From Bacteroidales bacterium (lineage in GTDB: Bacteria > Bacteroidota > Bacteroidia > Bacteroidales > UBA10428), in the NCBI GenBank assembly GCA_003508755.1, contig DNTK01000284.1, forward strand, positions 1 through 28,903: a DNA stretch of 28,903 bases. Direction: 5' to 3'. Under the pieces are notes generated by a model. It was not told the DNA's origin. It did not search any database and saw nothing but the letters and a program-made list of their open reading frames with translations. Position numbers and translations under genes: made by a program. Positions 16,686-26,200 of this stretch are shown here, in pieces. The first letter of the stretch is position 1. Each line of letters opens with the position of its first letter.

Positions 16686-18821
16686 ATGAAAAAAATACCA
16701 TTCTTATTAATTATTCCCATTACAATGGCAGTATCGTGTATGACTGACAAACAAACAGACAAAAATCCATTCTTTGGGGAATACAATACTCCCTATGATA
16801 TTCCTCCCTTTGAAAGAATAGAGAATGAACATTATTTACCCGCTATAAAAGAGGGAATTAAACAGCAACTGGAAGAAATTGATGCGATTGTGCAAAATCC
16901 CGAAGAACCCAGTTTCGAGAATACCATATTAGAGCTGGATAAATCAGGAGAATTTCTGAACCGAACAACAAATGTGTTCTTCAACTTAAACAGCGCAAAC
17001 TCTGACGAAGATATGAGGGAGCTTGCGAAAGAAATTGGCCCCATGATTTCAGAACATAAAGATAATATCCTCTTAAATCAAGGGCTTTTTGAACGGGTAA
17101 AAGCTGTTTATGATGCCAGAAAAAATGCCGGAACTGATGGAGGCCCAGGATATAGTCCAGCCCAAATGCACGCTATTGAGAAGCATTATGACAGGTTTGT
17201 CCGCAATGGTGCAAATTTATCTGCAGAAGACCAGGAGATCCTTCGTAAAATCAACTCACAGCTTTCGAGTCTTCAGATAGCCTTTGGACAAAATTTACTT
17301 GAAGAAACCAATAAAAACTTCAAACTTATTATCGACCAAAAAGAAGATCTTGCAGGATTACCCGATGCTGTGATTGCAGGAGCTGCCGAAACAGCTGTCG
17401 AAAATGGATTAGAAGGAAAATGGGTGTTTACACTTCAGAAGCCCAGCATGATACCTTTTCTGCAATATGCGGAAAATCGGGAACTCAGAGAAAAAATATA
17501 CCGAGGGTATTTCATGCGTGGAAACAACCAGGATAATTTTGACAACAAGGAAATATTAAAGCAGATAGCTGAGTTGAGAGCAGAGAAGGCTAAGCTATTT
17601 GGTCACGAAACCCATGCACACTATGTGATCGGACAGAATATGGCAAAAACCCCGGAAAATGTGAATAGCTTTCTTGAGCGGTTATGGGAACCAGCCCTAA
17701 AAATGGCCAAAAATGAAGTAAAGGAAATGCAGGCCATTATTGATGCAGAAGGCGGAGAATTTGAATTGGCCTCTTGGGATTGGTGGTATTATGCCGAAAA
17801 ACTGAGAAAACAAAAGTATGATCTTGATGAAGCTCAATTAAAACCGTATTTTAAACTCGAAAACGTACGCGACGGGATGTTTTGGGTTGCGAAAAACCTG
17901 TATGGAATTGAACTTAAGAAACTTAACAATGTTCCAATGTATCACCCCGATGTGGAGGCCTATGAAGTGGTTGAAGAGGATGGTAAACATGTGGGTGTAC
18001 TGTATCTCGATTATCATCCCCGCGAAAGCAAGCGTGTTGGAGCATGGTGTACAGGATACCGCGAGGCCACCTATAAAGATGGGAAATTAGTGCCGCCAGT
18101 AATCTCCATTGTGTGTAACTTTACAAAACCAACCGAACAAATTCCATCTCTGTTGACCTGGGATGAGGTAACAACACTTTTTCATGAATTCGGTCATGCT
18201 CTTCACTTTTTATTTGTTGATGGGAAATACAATCTAACAGCAGGAAATGTGCCCAGAGATTATGTTGAGCTACCCTCACAAATAATGGAGAATTTTGCCG
18301 CTGAACCGCAAGTGTTAAAATACTACGGTAAGCATTATGAAACTGGTGAGACCATTTCTGATGAATTAATTGAGAAAATTCAGAAAAGCGGGCATTTTAA
18401 CCAGGGATTTATAACCGGAGAATACCTGGCTGCGGCATTTCTCGATTTAGCGTACCATAATTTAAAAGCTGGCGAAACAATCGAAGATGTATTAACATTT
18501 GAGGATGATGCCATGAGTGAAATTGGACTCATTGAAGAGATTATTCCAAGGTATCGTTCTACTTATTTTAACCACATTTTTAGTGGTGAATACTATTCTG
18601 CCGGATATTACGTATATATCTGGGCAGCAGTGCTAGATGCCGATGCTTTTGAGTATTTTAAACAGTCGGGAGATATTTTCAATAAGGAACTGGCAGCCAA
18701 ATTCAGAGAGAATTGCCTGGCAAAAAGTGGCGATATGGAAGGTATGGAAGCTTATAGATTATTTCGAGGACAGGAGCCTGAGGTGGCACCTTTACTTAAT
18801 AGAAGAGGATTAAACAATTAA
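16686..18821 (+). CDS. dcp: M3 family metallopeptidase (peptidyl-dipeptidase Dcp-like), lipoprotein
   Basis: Lipobox MAVSC, NPFF, zinc motif LFHEFGHALH, DYVELPSQIMEN, FNHIF..YSAGYYVYIWA and YRLFRG. Confidence 0.92.
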   Translation: MKKIPFLLIIPITMAVSCMTDKQTDKNPFFGEYNTPYDIPPFERIENEHYLPAIKEGIKQQLEEIDAIVQNPEEPSFENTILELDKSGEFLNRTTNVFFNLNSANSDEDMRELAKEIGPMISEHKDNILLNQGLFERVKAVYDARKNAGTDGGPGYSPAQMHAIEKHYDRFVRNGANLSAEDQEILRKINSQLSSLQIAFGQNLLEETNKNFKLIIDQKEDLAGLPDAVIAGAAETAVENGLEGKWVFTLQKPSMIPFLQYAENRELREKIYRGYFMRGNNQDNFDNKEILKQIAELRAEKAKLFGHETHAHYVIGQNMAKTPENVNSFLERLWEPALKMAKNEVKEMQAIIDAEGGEFELASWDWWYYAEKLRKQKYDLDEAQLKPYFKLENVRDGMFWVAKNLYGIELKKLNNVPMYHPDVEAYEVVEEDGKHVGVLYLDYHPRESKRVGAWCTGYREATYKDGKLVPPVISIVCNFTKPTEQIPSLLTWDEVTTLFHEFGHALHFLFVDGKYNLTAGNVPRDYVELPSQIMENFAAEPQVLKYYGKHYETGETISDELIEKIQKSGHFNQGFITGEYLAAAFLDLAYHNLKAGETIEDVLTFEDDAMSEIGLIEEIIPRYRSTYFNHIFSGEYYSAGYYVYIWAAVLDADAFEYFKQSGDIFNKELAAKFRENCLAKSGDMEGMEAYRLFRGQEPEVAPLLNRRGLNN

Positions 18822-18842
18822 TAATTTCACTCCATACAGATC

Positions 18843-18880
18843 AAAAAAACAGCTTACTCGAATGGTAAGCTGTTTTTTTT
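18843..18880 (+). terminator. Intrinsic terminator, potentially bidirectional
   Basis: A7-CAGCTTAC-TCGAATG-GTAAGCTG-T8. Confidence 0.9.
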
Positions 18881-19263
18881 ACTGGTCGAACGTTAGTTAA
18901 ACAACAGGATAAGTATTAATTTTTTGCCACTTACCTCCTCACACATACCAAGGTTGAAGTAGGGCGTGAGAAGGTAATTGTTGATTTTTTAAATGTAGAG
19001 TCGGATTGAGAAGGAAAATTGCAGGGCTGATTGAATTTAGGTGTCTGGGTTCGGTAATAAAAGGCTCTGGCAATTGATATAGAGGTTTGTATCTTGCTAT
19101 TCGGTATGTACATTCCATTCGGGTATTGTTACATTATCATATACCCATCAAGCAGGATTTTTGTTTTTTTTCTATGGTCAATGGAACATTCTACTTGACG
19201 ACTGGAATGAATATGATGACGAATATCACCACCTATAGGTGTCGGTAATCACCCATTAAAAAT

Positions 19264-19308
19264 AGGTGTTTACCAGCAGTATATGCTGAAAGCAGCTGGT
19301 AAACACCT
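19264..19308 (-). terminator. 14-bp perfect stem-loop downstream of the DUF3078 gene, probable terminator
   Basis: AGGTGTTTACCAGC-N17-GCTGGTAAACACCT, followed on the minus strand by ATTTTT. Confidence 0.6.
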
Positions 19309-19351
19309 GAAATATCACTGTAATTTATTGATATTATGGTAATTATGGAAA

Positions 19352-20224
19352 TCAGAACTTATACGCAATACCTGCTCCAAATATCTCTTTGAACTGCCAT
19401 TTACTTTTTAGCTCGTCCCCATCGGTAAATAGTACATCGTTATCCCATATAAGATGTGTATTAAGGTTAATTGACAGCACTTTAAATACGTTTATAGTAA
19501 GTAGTACCTCCCAATTCACATCGATATCCTCTACACCGGCAAACTCAAGATAGTCGGCAAATAAATCAAGCTTTGTGAGAAAATTTATGTTCTTAATAAG
19601 CTCCTTTTCATATTTGAACTTAACAATAGCCCCTAATTCCGACCTGAAATTCTTGCTGGAATCAATTGAATACCTTAAGGCATATTTTGTGTCGGAAACA
19701 TATATATTTTTTGTGTTTAAGGGCGACATAAACAAGGAAGCATGCTTATTCGGTTTGTAATTCATACCAATAGCAAGGTTTAGATATAAGGGAGCAAATG
19801 CTTCGGAAATTGGAATACTATCCGATTCAGCATAATCATATCCTTTATCGAATTGAGTACGAGCATTAAAAACGACTGTATAATACCATTTATCATTGGC
19901 CTTATAACCATAGGAAGAATTGAGCTCCAGGATATCATCGGTTTTCCTTAACCCCTGATTGCCTTGTTCTGCTCGGCCATATGCTAAATCCAGGTTATTT
20001 TCCCATAGCGAATTTCCTTTTTCGTAGTTGGCAAAAAGCCCCAAACGTCCACTGGCAGAATAACTGTTTTCGCCACCTGCAGCCCAATTAGTGAAACCTG
20101 CCTGCGACAATGTGAAATTAACCAAGCCACCCGCTTTCCATGCTGTATCTTTTACAACAGAATCCTGAGCATAAATTAGACTTGCTGATATTATTAGCGC
20201 TAGAAGTATTGAAATTCTTTTCAT
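19352..20224 (-). CDS. DUF3078 family outer-membrane beta-barrel protein
   Basis: Signal peptide, FTNWAAGGEN, WENNLDLAYG, RKTDD, alternating beta-strand pattern and C-terminal Phe (GIAYKF). Confidence 0.87.
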   Translation of the reverse strand: MKRISILLALIISASLIYAQDSVVKDTAWKAGGLVNFTLSQAGFTNWAAGGENSYSASGRLGLFANYEKGNSLWENNLDLAYGRAEQGNQGLRKTDDILELNSSYGYKANDKWYYTVVFNARTQFDKGYDYAESDSIPISEAFAPLYLNLAIGMNYKPNKHASLFMSPLNTKNIYVSDTKYALRYSIDSSKNFRSELGAIVKFKYEKELIKNINFLTKLDLFADYLEFAGVEDIDVNWEVLLTINVFKVLSINLNTHLIWDNDVLFTDGDELKSKWQFKEIFGAGIAYKF

Positions 20225-20239
20225 GATAAACGTGTATTT

Positions 20240-21064
20240 TTATTTCGATTTTGATTCAATAACTCGCATATCTTGCTGAGGGAATGGTATGGTTACACCT
20301 TCGGCATCGAATTGTTTTTTAATGGTCTCCTGCATAAAGAAAAATACATCCCAGTAATTGGCTGATTCGACCCATAGTCTAACCGCAAAATTTACAGAAC
20401 TATCGGCCAGTTCCACAACTCCAATAAATGGCGAAGGATCCTGAAGTACTTTATTATTTCCAGAAATTACCTTCTCGATAATTGACCTTGCTTTGTCTAT
20501 ATCGTCATCATAACTTATACCAAAAAGTAAATCAACTCTCCGGGTAGCTTCTTCGCTGAAGTTAACCAATGAACCTGTGGATAAGCCCCCGTTAGGTAAA
20601 ATTACAGTCTTATTGTCGGGTGTTTTGAGTATGGTATTAAAAATCTGGATTTTGTTTACAGTACCACTATGGCCTTGTGCTGTAATATAGTCGCCCACCT
20701 TAAACGGTTTCAACAATAGAATGATAACACCTCCGGCAAAATTCTGCAACATGCCGGATAATGCCATTCCAACGGCCAATCCCGCAGCACCCAATATTGC
20801 AATGAAGGAAGTAACTTGGATTCCTACCATCCCGATAACGGAGACAATTAAAAGTGTTTTTAGTAAAATAGAAATTAAACTTGAGAGGAAAGAAAGCAAA
20901 GACTCATCGATTTCTCGAACCTGCATGGCCTTTTTAATAAACTTGGTAGGGGATTTAATAATCCATAAACCAATGATTAACGTTAAAATAGCATAAAGCA
21001 CCTTTGGACCATGCGTAATAAGTCCATTCAACAGTAACTGAATAATGTTGTCTAATTTTTCCAT
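20240..21064 (-). CDS. mscS: Small-conductance mechanosensitive channel
   Basis: TM3 motif AILGAAGLAVGMALSGMLQNFAGG, KPFKVGDYI, GTVNKIQIFNT, RRVDL and GVTIPFPQ. Confidence 0.94.
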   Translation of the reverse strand: MEKLDNIIQLLLNGLITHGPKVLYAILTLIIGLWIIKSPTKFIKKAMQVREIDESLLSFLSSLISILLKTLLIVSVIGMVGIQVTSFIAILGAAGLAVGMALSGMLQNFAGGVIILLLKPFKVGDYITAQGHSGTVNKIQIFNTILKTPDNKTVILPNGGLSTGSLVNFSEEATRRVDLLFGISYDDDIDKARSIIEKVISGNNKVLQDPSPFIGVVELADSSVNFAVRLWVESANYWDVFFFMQETIKKQFDAEGVTIPFPQQDMRVIESKSK

Positions 21065-21168
21065 TTTAGTGAGTTTAGTGGGTTATCGTTTAGCATTATA
21101 ATCGAACAGAAATATTTGCCACAGCAAGCTCTTACCGCGGTTAACAACAAGTAAAAATAAATAATGTT

Positions 21169-21540
21169 CTAAATACCATGCTCTTTAAAATACAATCGTG
21201 TGAGAACTTTTTTAAGTTCGCGCAGAAAAATTAGTTCAGTTACTACTTCTGAGAGGGGTCTGTCTGGTTCGGCTGAGGCCTTTTGCTGTATTGCCTTTTC
21301 GGGGATATCTATCTGGTAAAGAAGCGATAAAAGTTTTGTATTACTGGAGTGCAACAGCTCAAAGACTTGCGCATTTAATTGCTTACTAAGTTCGGGATAA
21401 GCATACTTAATATCGCTTGGGAACTCTATGCTTAATCCAAAAAGTCCAAAGTCCTTGATGATTTGCAATGCTGTTTGTTTTACAATATCAGCATTATCGC
21501 GGTATTTTAATAAGTCGTTTTCTGATAAATCAATTTTCAC
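21169..21540 (-). CDS. Conserved-looking hypothetical helical protein (~123 aa)
   Basis: QIIKDFG...LLSLLYQIDIPE...RELKKVLTR. Start placed at GTG 21540; the track's extension to 21630 reads like AT-rich intergenic DNA. Confidence 0.7.
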   Translation of the reverse strand: MKIDLSENDLLKYRDNADIVKQTALQIIKDFGLFGLSIEFPSDIKYAYPELSKQLNAQVFELLHSSNTKLLSLLYQIDIPEKAIQQKASAEPDRPLSEVVTELIFLRELKKVLTRLYFKEHGI

Positions 21541-21664
21541 CCAGATACTGTTTTTAAGTAAGATTTCACGAAAAATAAAGATATTAAATGTTATGCTGTA
21601 AATGTACAATATCACTAGAACTTTCAGCAAGTGGAAGTTAGATAATACACTAATAATTTATTGT

Positions 21665-22276
21665 TCAGCTTATGGTTAAAGCGTCCTTTAAGAATTGCAG
21701 AATAGCATCTTTGCGTTCTTCTAGAATATCGTCATAATCTATTCCCATCTTTTCTTTTATCATAGGTTTAAGAACCGGCTTTGCAGCAAAAGGCAGTATG
21801 ATCATTCCCATCACATTCATTAACAAATGTGAAGGATGCACAGGACGGATTTTACCCAAATTAACTTCCTGCATGAACTGCAAGATAAACCCCTGAAGTG
21901 ATGGGAATATACCCTGTTCGATAACACGCTGCAAACGTTGGGGATTCTGATTCATCTCGTTTAAGATAAATACCGGTAAAAAAGAATTCTTCGATATAAC
22001 TTTTATATACACAGTAACCAGGTTTTCGAGCTGTTCCATAACGGAAAGCTGAGGGTCGAGGGCTTCGCCTATTCCGGCCGAAATAGTTTGAAAAACATCG
22101 ACGAATATCTTGTCAAAAAGCTTTTCCTTACTTCTGAAATAATAATGCAACAGCGCTTTATTAATGCCAGCCTCATTTGCAATTTCCTGCATGCGTGCAC
22201 CAGCCAAACCCTTTTTTATAAAAATTATTCTTGCCGCATCAAGAATCCGACTTTCTGTATCTTTAGATTTGGGCAT
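21665..22276 (-). CDS. TetR/AcrR family transcriptional regulator
   Basis: HTH RILDAARIIFIKKGLAGARMQEIANEAGINKALLHYYFRSKEKLF. Start placed at ATG 22276. Confidence 0.94.
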   Translation of the reverse strand: MPKSKDTESRILDAARIIFIKKGLAGARMQEIANEAGINKALLHYYFRSKEKLFDKIFVDVFQTISAGIGEALDPQLSVMEQLENLVTVYIKVISKNSFLPVFILNEMNQNPQRLQRVIEQGIFPSLQGFILQFMQEVNLGKIRPVHPSHLLMNVMGMIILPFAAKPVLKPMIKEKMGIDYDDILEERKDAILQFLKDALTIS

Positions 22277-22286
22277 ATAACCAATT

Positions 22287-22308
22287 ATTTTAACCTTCTG
22301 GTTAAAAT
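22287..22308. promoter_or_regulatory. Probable TetR operator palindrome ATTTTAACC-N4-GGTTAAAAT
   Basis: Perfect 9-bp arms 10 nt upstream of the tetR ATG, overlapping a -7-like TAATTTTA. Confidence 0.72.
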
Positions 22309-22404
22309 TAATAAATTTTAGTTGCTTTGCAGCTAAATTAAGGCTAAAGCTTTCACCAACCAAGGCACATTTTAAGCGACTCACAAAAATATCCTAAAAA
22401 TTTA

Positions 22405-23130
22405 TTAATCAAGGAGGTATAGTGTCCCTATGCCACTTCCGGTTTCTTGAACCTCAACCGGCTGACCTTTACAGAACACATCACCTACTCCAGCAATTTC
22501 AATATCAAGTTTAGAGATGACAGAGATTTCAAGTGTTCCGGTACCGCTGTGTTTTAGTAACATTTTATCGGCAATAAAATCGTACCCATAAATATTTCCA
22601 ACCATGCTATTGTTAATTTCAGCATCCATGGTTTTCCCCATTAAATCAATGTCTCCAACTCCATCGGAAATTAGATCAAATTCATCCAGTACAGCATTTA
22701 GTAGCATATAGCCAGTATTCTGTTTATTAATAAGCAACCGCTTCTGAATAATTCTATCCTGAATATACAGAGCGGTAACTCCATCAAGCGTTATACTATT
22801 GATAGTAGGAGCTGTAATAAAAATATCCAATTCTGTGGCTTCAAAGTCAGAGGCGTTGTCTGAATAAACTTTCAAATTGTTTCCTGTTGTTTCTACCTGC
22901 ACCAAATCCTGCAAATTATCATCCGTCTTAACCACAACACTATAGTTTTCGGACTGCGTGTAGTATATATTCACAACACCATCGACATACAAGTCGCTGA
23001 AATCCCCAACAGGGTATTTTCTGGAGGTAACATTGCCGCTGCCGGTAATTCCCTGCTCCATTTCACAACTAAAGAAAGAAATTAGAAGAAATAAATATCC
23101 GGGTAATTGATAAGATTTGAATGATTTCAT
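22405..23130 (-). CDS. GIN-domain (DUF2807-like) lipoprotein
   Basis: Lipobox ISFFSC, GITGSGNVTSR, VVVKTDDNL and repeating G-x-G-x-I beta-solenoid units. Confidence 0.86.
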   Translation of the reverse strand: MKSFKSYQLPGYLFLLISFFSCEMEQGITGSGNVTSRKYPVGDFSDLYVDGVVNIYYTQSENYSVVVKTDDNLQDLVQVETTGNNLKVYSDNASDFEATELDIFITAPTINSITLDGVTALYIQDRIIQKRLLINKQNTGYMLLNAVLDEFDLISDGVGDIDLMGKTMDAEINNSMVGNIYGYDFIADKMLLKHSGTGTLEISVISKLDIEIAGVGDVFCKGQPVEVQETGSGIGTLYLLD

Positions 23131-23150
23131 GGTTTCCTGGGTTTTGCTTT

Positions 23151-23180
23151 TAACGACATTTCTGTATAAAAAAGGTTGCA
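23151..23180 (-). promoter_or_regulatory. Candidate ECF-type promoter TGCAAC-N19-CGTTA
   Basis: Minus strand TGCAAC-CTTTTTTATACAGAAATGT-CGTTA, 20 nt upstream of the GIN gene ATG. Confidence 0.55.
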
Positions 23181-23221
23181 GGAAACAGAATAAATTTCAT
23201 TGGGAACAAGAACTAAAAATA

Positions 23222-26200
23222 CTAATCACGCGTAAGGTGTTTCGCAATTATTCCAACCAAAATATTGCTTTTAATAGGTTTTGAAATATAATCATCAAAA
23301 CCTACCCTTCTAAATTCCGATTCTTCTTCGGGTCGTGCAAAAGCTGTTTGTGCAATTATAAGCTGATTGGGAAACATTGCTTTAATCTTTTTTGTCGCAT
23401 CTAATCCATCCATTACGGGCATCTTTATATCCATTAGAACCACATTGTAATCGTTTACCGATACCATTCTTACAGCCTCTTCGCCGTTTTTAGCCCAGGA
23501 AACTTTAACGCCCCGCTTATTAAGAATTCCACGTAAATAATTATAATTGGTTTCTTCATCCTCGGCTATGAGTATATTCAGATCTGATAAATCAATGTTT
23601 TTATTGTCGGCTATCTGTTTAACATCCTGCTCAACAATAGCTGCTTCAGCTATTTCGCCGATGGGCACTGACAAATAAAACTTTGAACCCATATCTTTCT
23701 TCGATTCTACCCATAACCTTCCATCCAGCATGGTGGCCAGTTTATTCGATATCGTCAATCCAAGGCCCGCTCCTCTATATAGCTTACGGCCCGATTCCTC
23801 CCCTTTTCGAAAGCGATTAAATATTTGACCCAAGTCTTCCTCCGGAATTCCAATACCGGTATCACTTACCGTATAAACAATGTCAGAACCATTCCTGTAT
23901 ACGGTGAGTTCAATTTGTCCTTGACTGGTAAACTTAAAGGCATTATCAAGCAGATTATTCAGTATTTGTCGTAACCTAAGCTCATCGCTGTTTACAAATA
24001 TTTTTTTATCGCTTAATTGATTATGGTATTTAAACCCGACTTTACTATTATCCCGCCTTTTAAGTAACTCCCAATTAAAATAGGTTTCATTAATAAAGGC
24101 ATTGACCTCAAAAACTGACTTCTTAACTAATAACTGGTTGGCCTCAATTTTAGATAAATCAAGGATATCATCAATTAAAATTAACAGCGACTCACTATTC
24201 ATATTAATCTGTCGAATATATTCTTGTTTTTCCTGAGTTCTTAGTTCCTCATCCGCCAACAGAGAGGCAAACCCAACTATTGCATTCATTGGAGTGCGAA
24301 TCTCATGTGACATATTCGATAAAAAGGCCATCTTTAATTGTTCCGATTCTTCTGCCTTTCTTTTAGCCTGCTCCAGTTCATTTGTTCTATCGCGTACAAT
24401 TTCCTCCAGGTTATTTCTGTGTTTCTCCAGCTCAATGTTTTGATGCTCAATTTTATGATAGCTACTTTCCAGTTTTGTATTTGCCTCAATTAGATTTTCC
24501 TTTTGCTTCTTTAGCTCCTCGCTTTGCTGATTAATTTCAATATTCTGTGTTTCAAGAACTGTATTCAGCGAGCGCAGCTCAGATGTACGTTCGTCAACCA
24601 TGCGCTTTAACAACGATCCCTGTATTCGAAGCGTTCGTACACGAAACCTGTAAATGGCAAGTAGCAATAATACGATACTGATAACAACCAGTAATCGGAA
24701 TATTGGGGTTTGATAAAATGGGGGCTCCAGGTATATGTCAAGAACAACAGTGTTTTCTGTGGAAATTCCGTGGAGGTTAATTCCTCTTACCTCGAAACTG
24801 TAAGAGCCAGGGTCTATATTTGTATAAGTAGCTCGGCGACGAGAACCTGTCCGCATCCATTCTGTATCAAAACCTTTTAACCTGTATTCGTAGGTATTCA
24901 GTTCAGGGACATTATAATCGAGCAAAGCAAATTCAAAGGTAAATGTTGATTGCCAATGTTTAAGTCTTACCTCATCGGTGTAAGAAAGGCTCTTTATGAT
25001 GGGTGATGATTTTTTACCTGGTAAAACCTCTTCATCGAAAATAAACATGCGGGTAAGTACCACATCTCCGGTATTTTTACTTTCAATAATATCAGCAGGA
25101 TGAAACGCGTTGTAGCCATTAATACCGCCAAAATATAAAACTCCCGACGAACATTTTAATGCTGAATGTAAATTAAACTCATTCGCCTGTAATCCATCAA
25201 TTGTATTAAAATTGCGCACCCTTATTGAATCTGATTCGAACTTTAACTTAGCAATACCATTATTCGTGCTTAGCCACAGGTAGCCAAAATCATCTTCTAA
25301 AATAGCCTGCACAGTATTCCCCGGTAAACCCTGATTGCGATTGTAGCTGGTAAATGTTTTTGTATTGGGATTAAAAAGGTTAAGTCCGCCATCGTGCACA
25401 CCAATTAATATTCGCTTGTTAGAATCTTCGAAGATGACTCGAATTTCATTGCTTGTAAGCCCCGTAATGGAGTCTTTACCAAATGTGATGAACTTATTGC
25501 CTTTTGAACCCGGAAGCAGACAAACACCACCGTGGTAGGTTCCAATCCATAAATTATTTTTCGAATCAACTGTTAGTGTACTTAAATAATCCTCTGCTAA
25601 TGATTCTTTTGTGTTTTTATCGTTTAGAAAATATTCAAACTGGTCTTTGGAGGGTATAAATTTATTAAGACCTCCTCCCAAGGTTGCCAACCAAACTACT
25701 TTTTCATCGTTACTTAATTCAATATCCCATATGTCGTTGCTGTTAACAGAATTATCCATGGACTTTACATAATGCTTCGCTTTATTAGTTTTTAGATTAT
25801 AGATAAAAAATCCTGTTCGGTAAGTACCAATATATATATTGCCTCTGGAATCTGTTTTCATAGAAGTAACTACCTTCGCCTTACTCAGGAGTGGGTGTTT
25901 GATTGGGGCATGCCTGTTTGTTTCTGGATTTAAGATGTTTATTCCTCCCCCATCGGTCCCTATCCATACTTTTCCATCTGTAGTTTCACAAAAGGAAAGA
26001 ATAGCATTGTTATTTAGTTCTCCTTCTGAGCCAAAACTGCGCACATGGTTAAAGCTTTGTTTATACCAATTGGTATAGGATACCCCACCGTTGTAGGTTC
26101 CAATCCAGAAATTAGTGTCAGGGTCGGCATAGATGTAATAAATTATATTAGAACTGAGCGCATACTTATTCCCTAGCTGGGGTGTATGGTATTCAATTCT

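Noticed and set aside
18932-18939. TACCTCCT, an anti-SD-like 8-mer complementary to the sigma gene's AGGAGGTA
   Set aside because: An 8-nt match is plausible by chance in 29 kb, and there is no evidence that this strand is transcribed.
18931-19113. 60-aa minus-strand ORF MYIPNSK... in the long intergenic region
   Set aside because: No -7 box, family motif or typical composition. Kept only as part of the intergenic finding.
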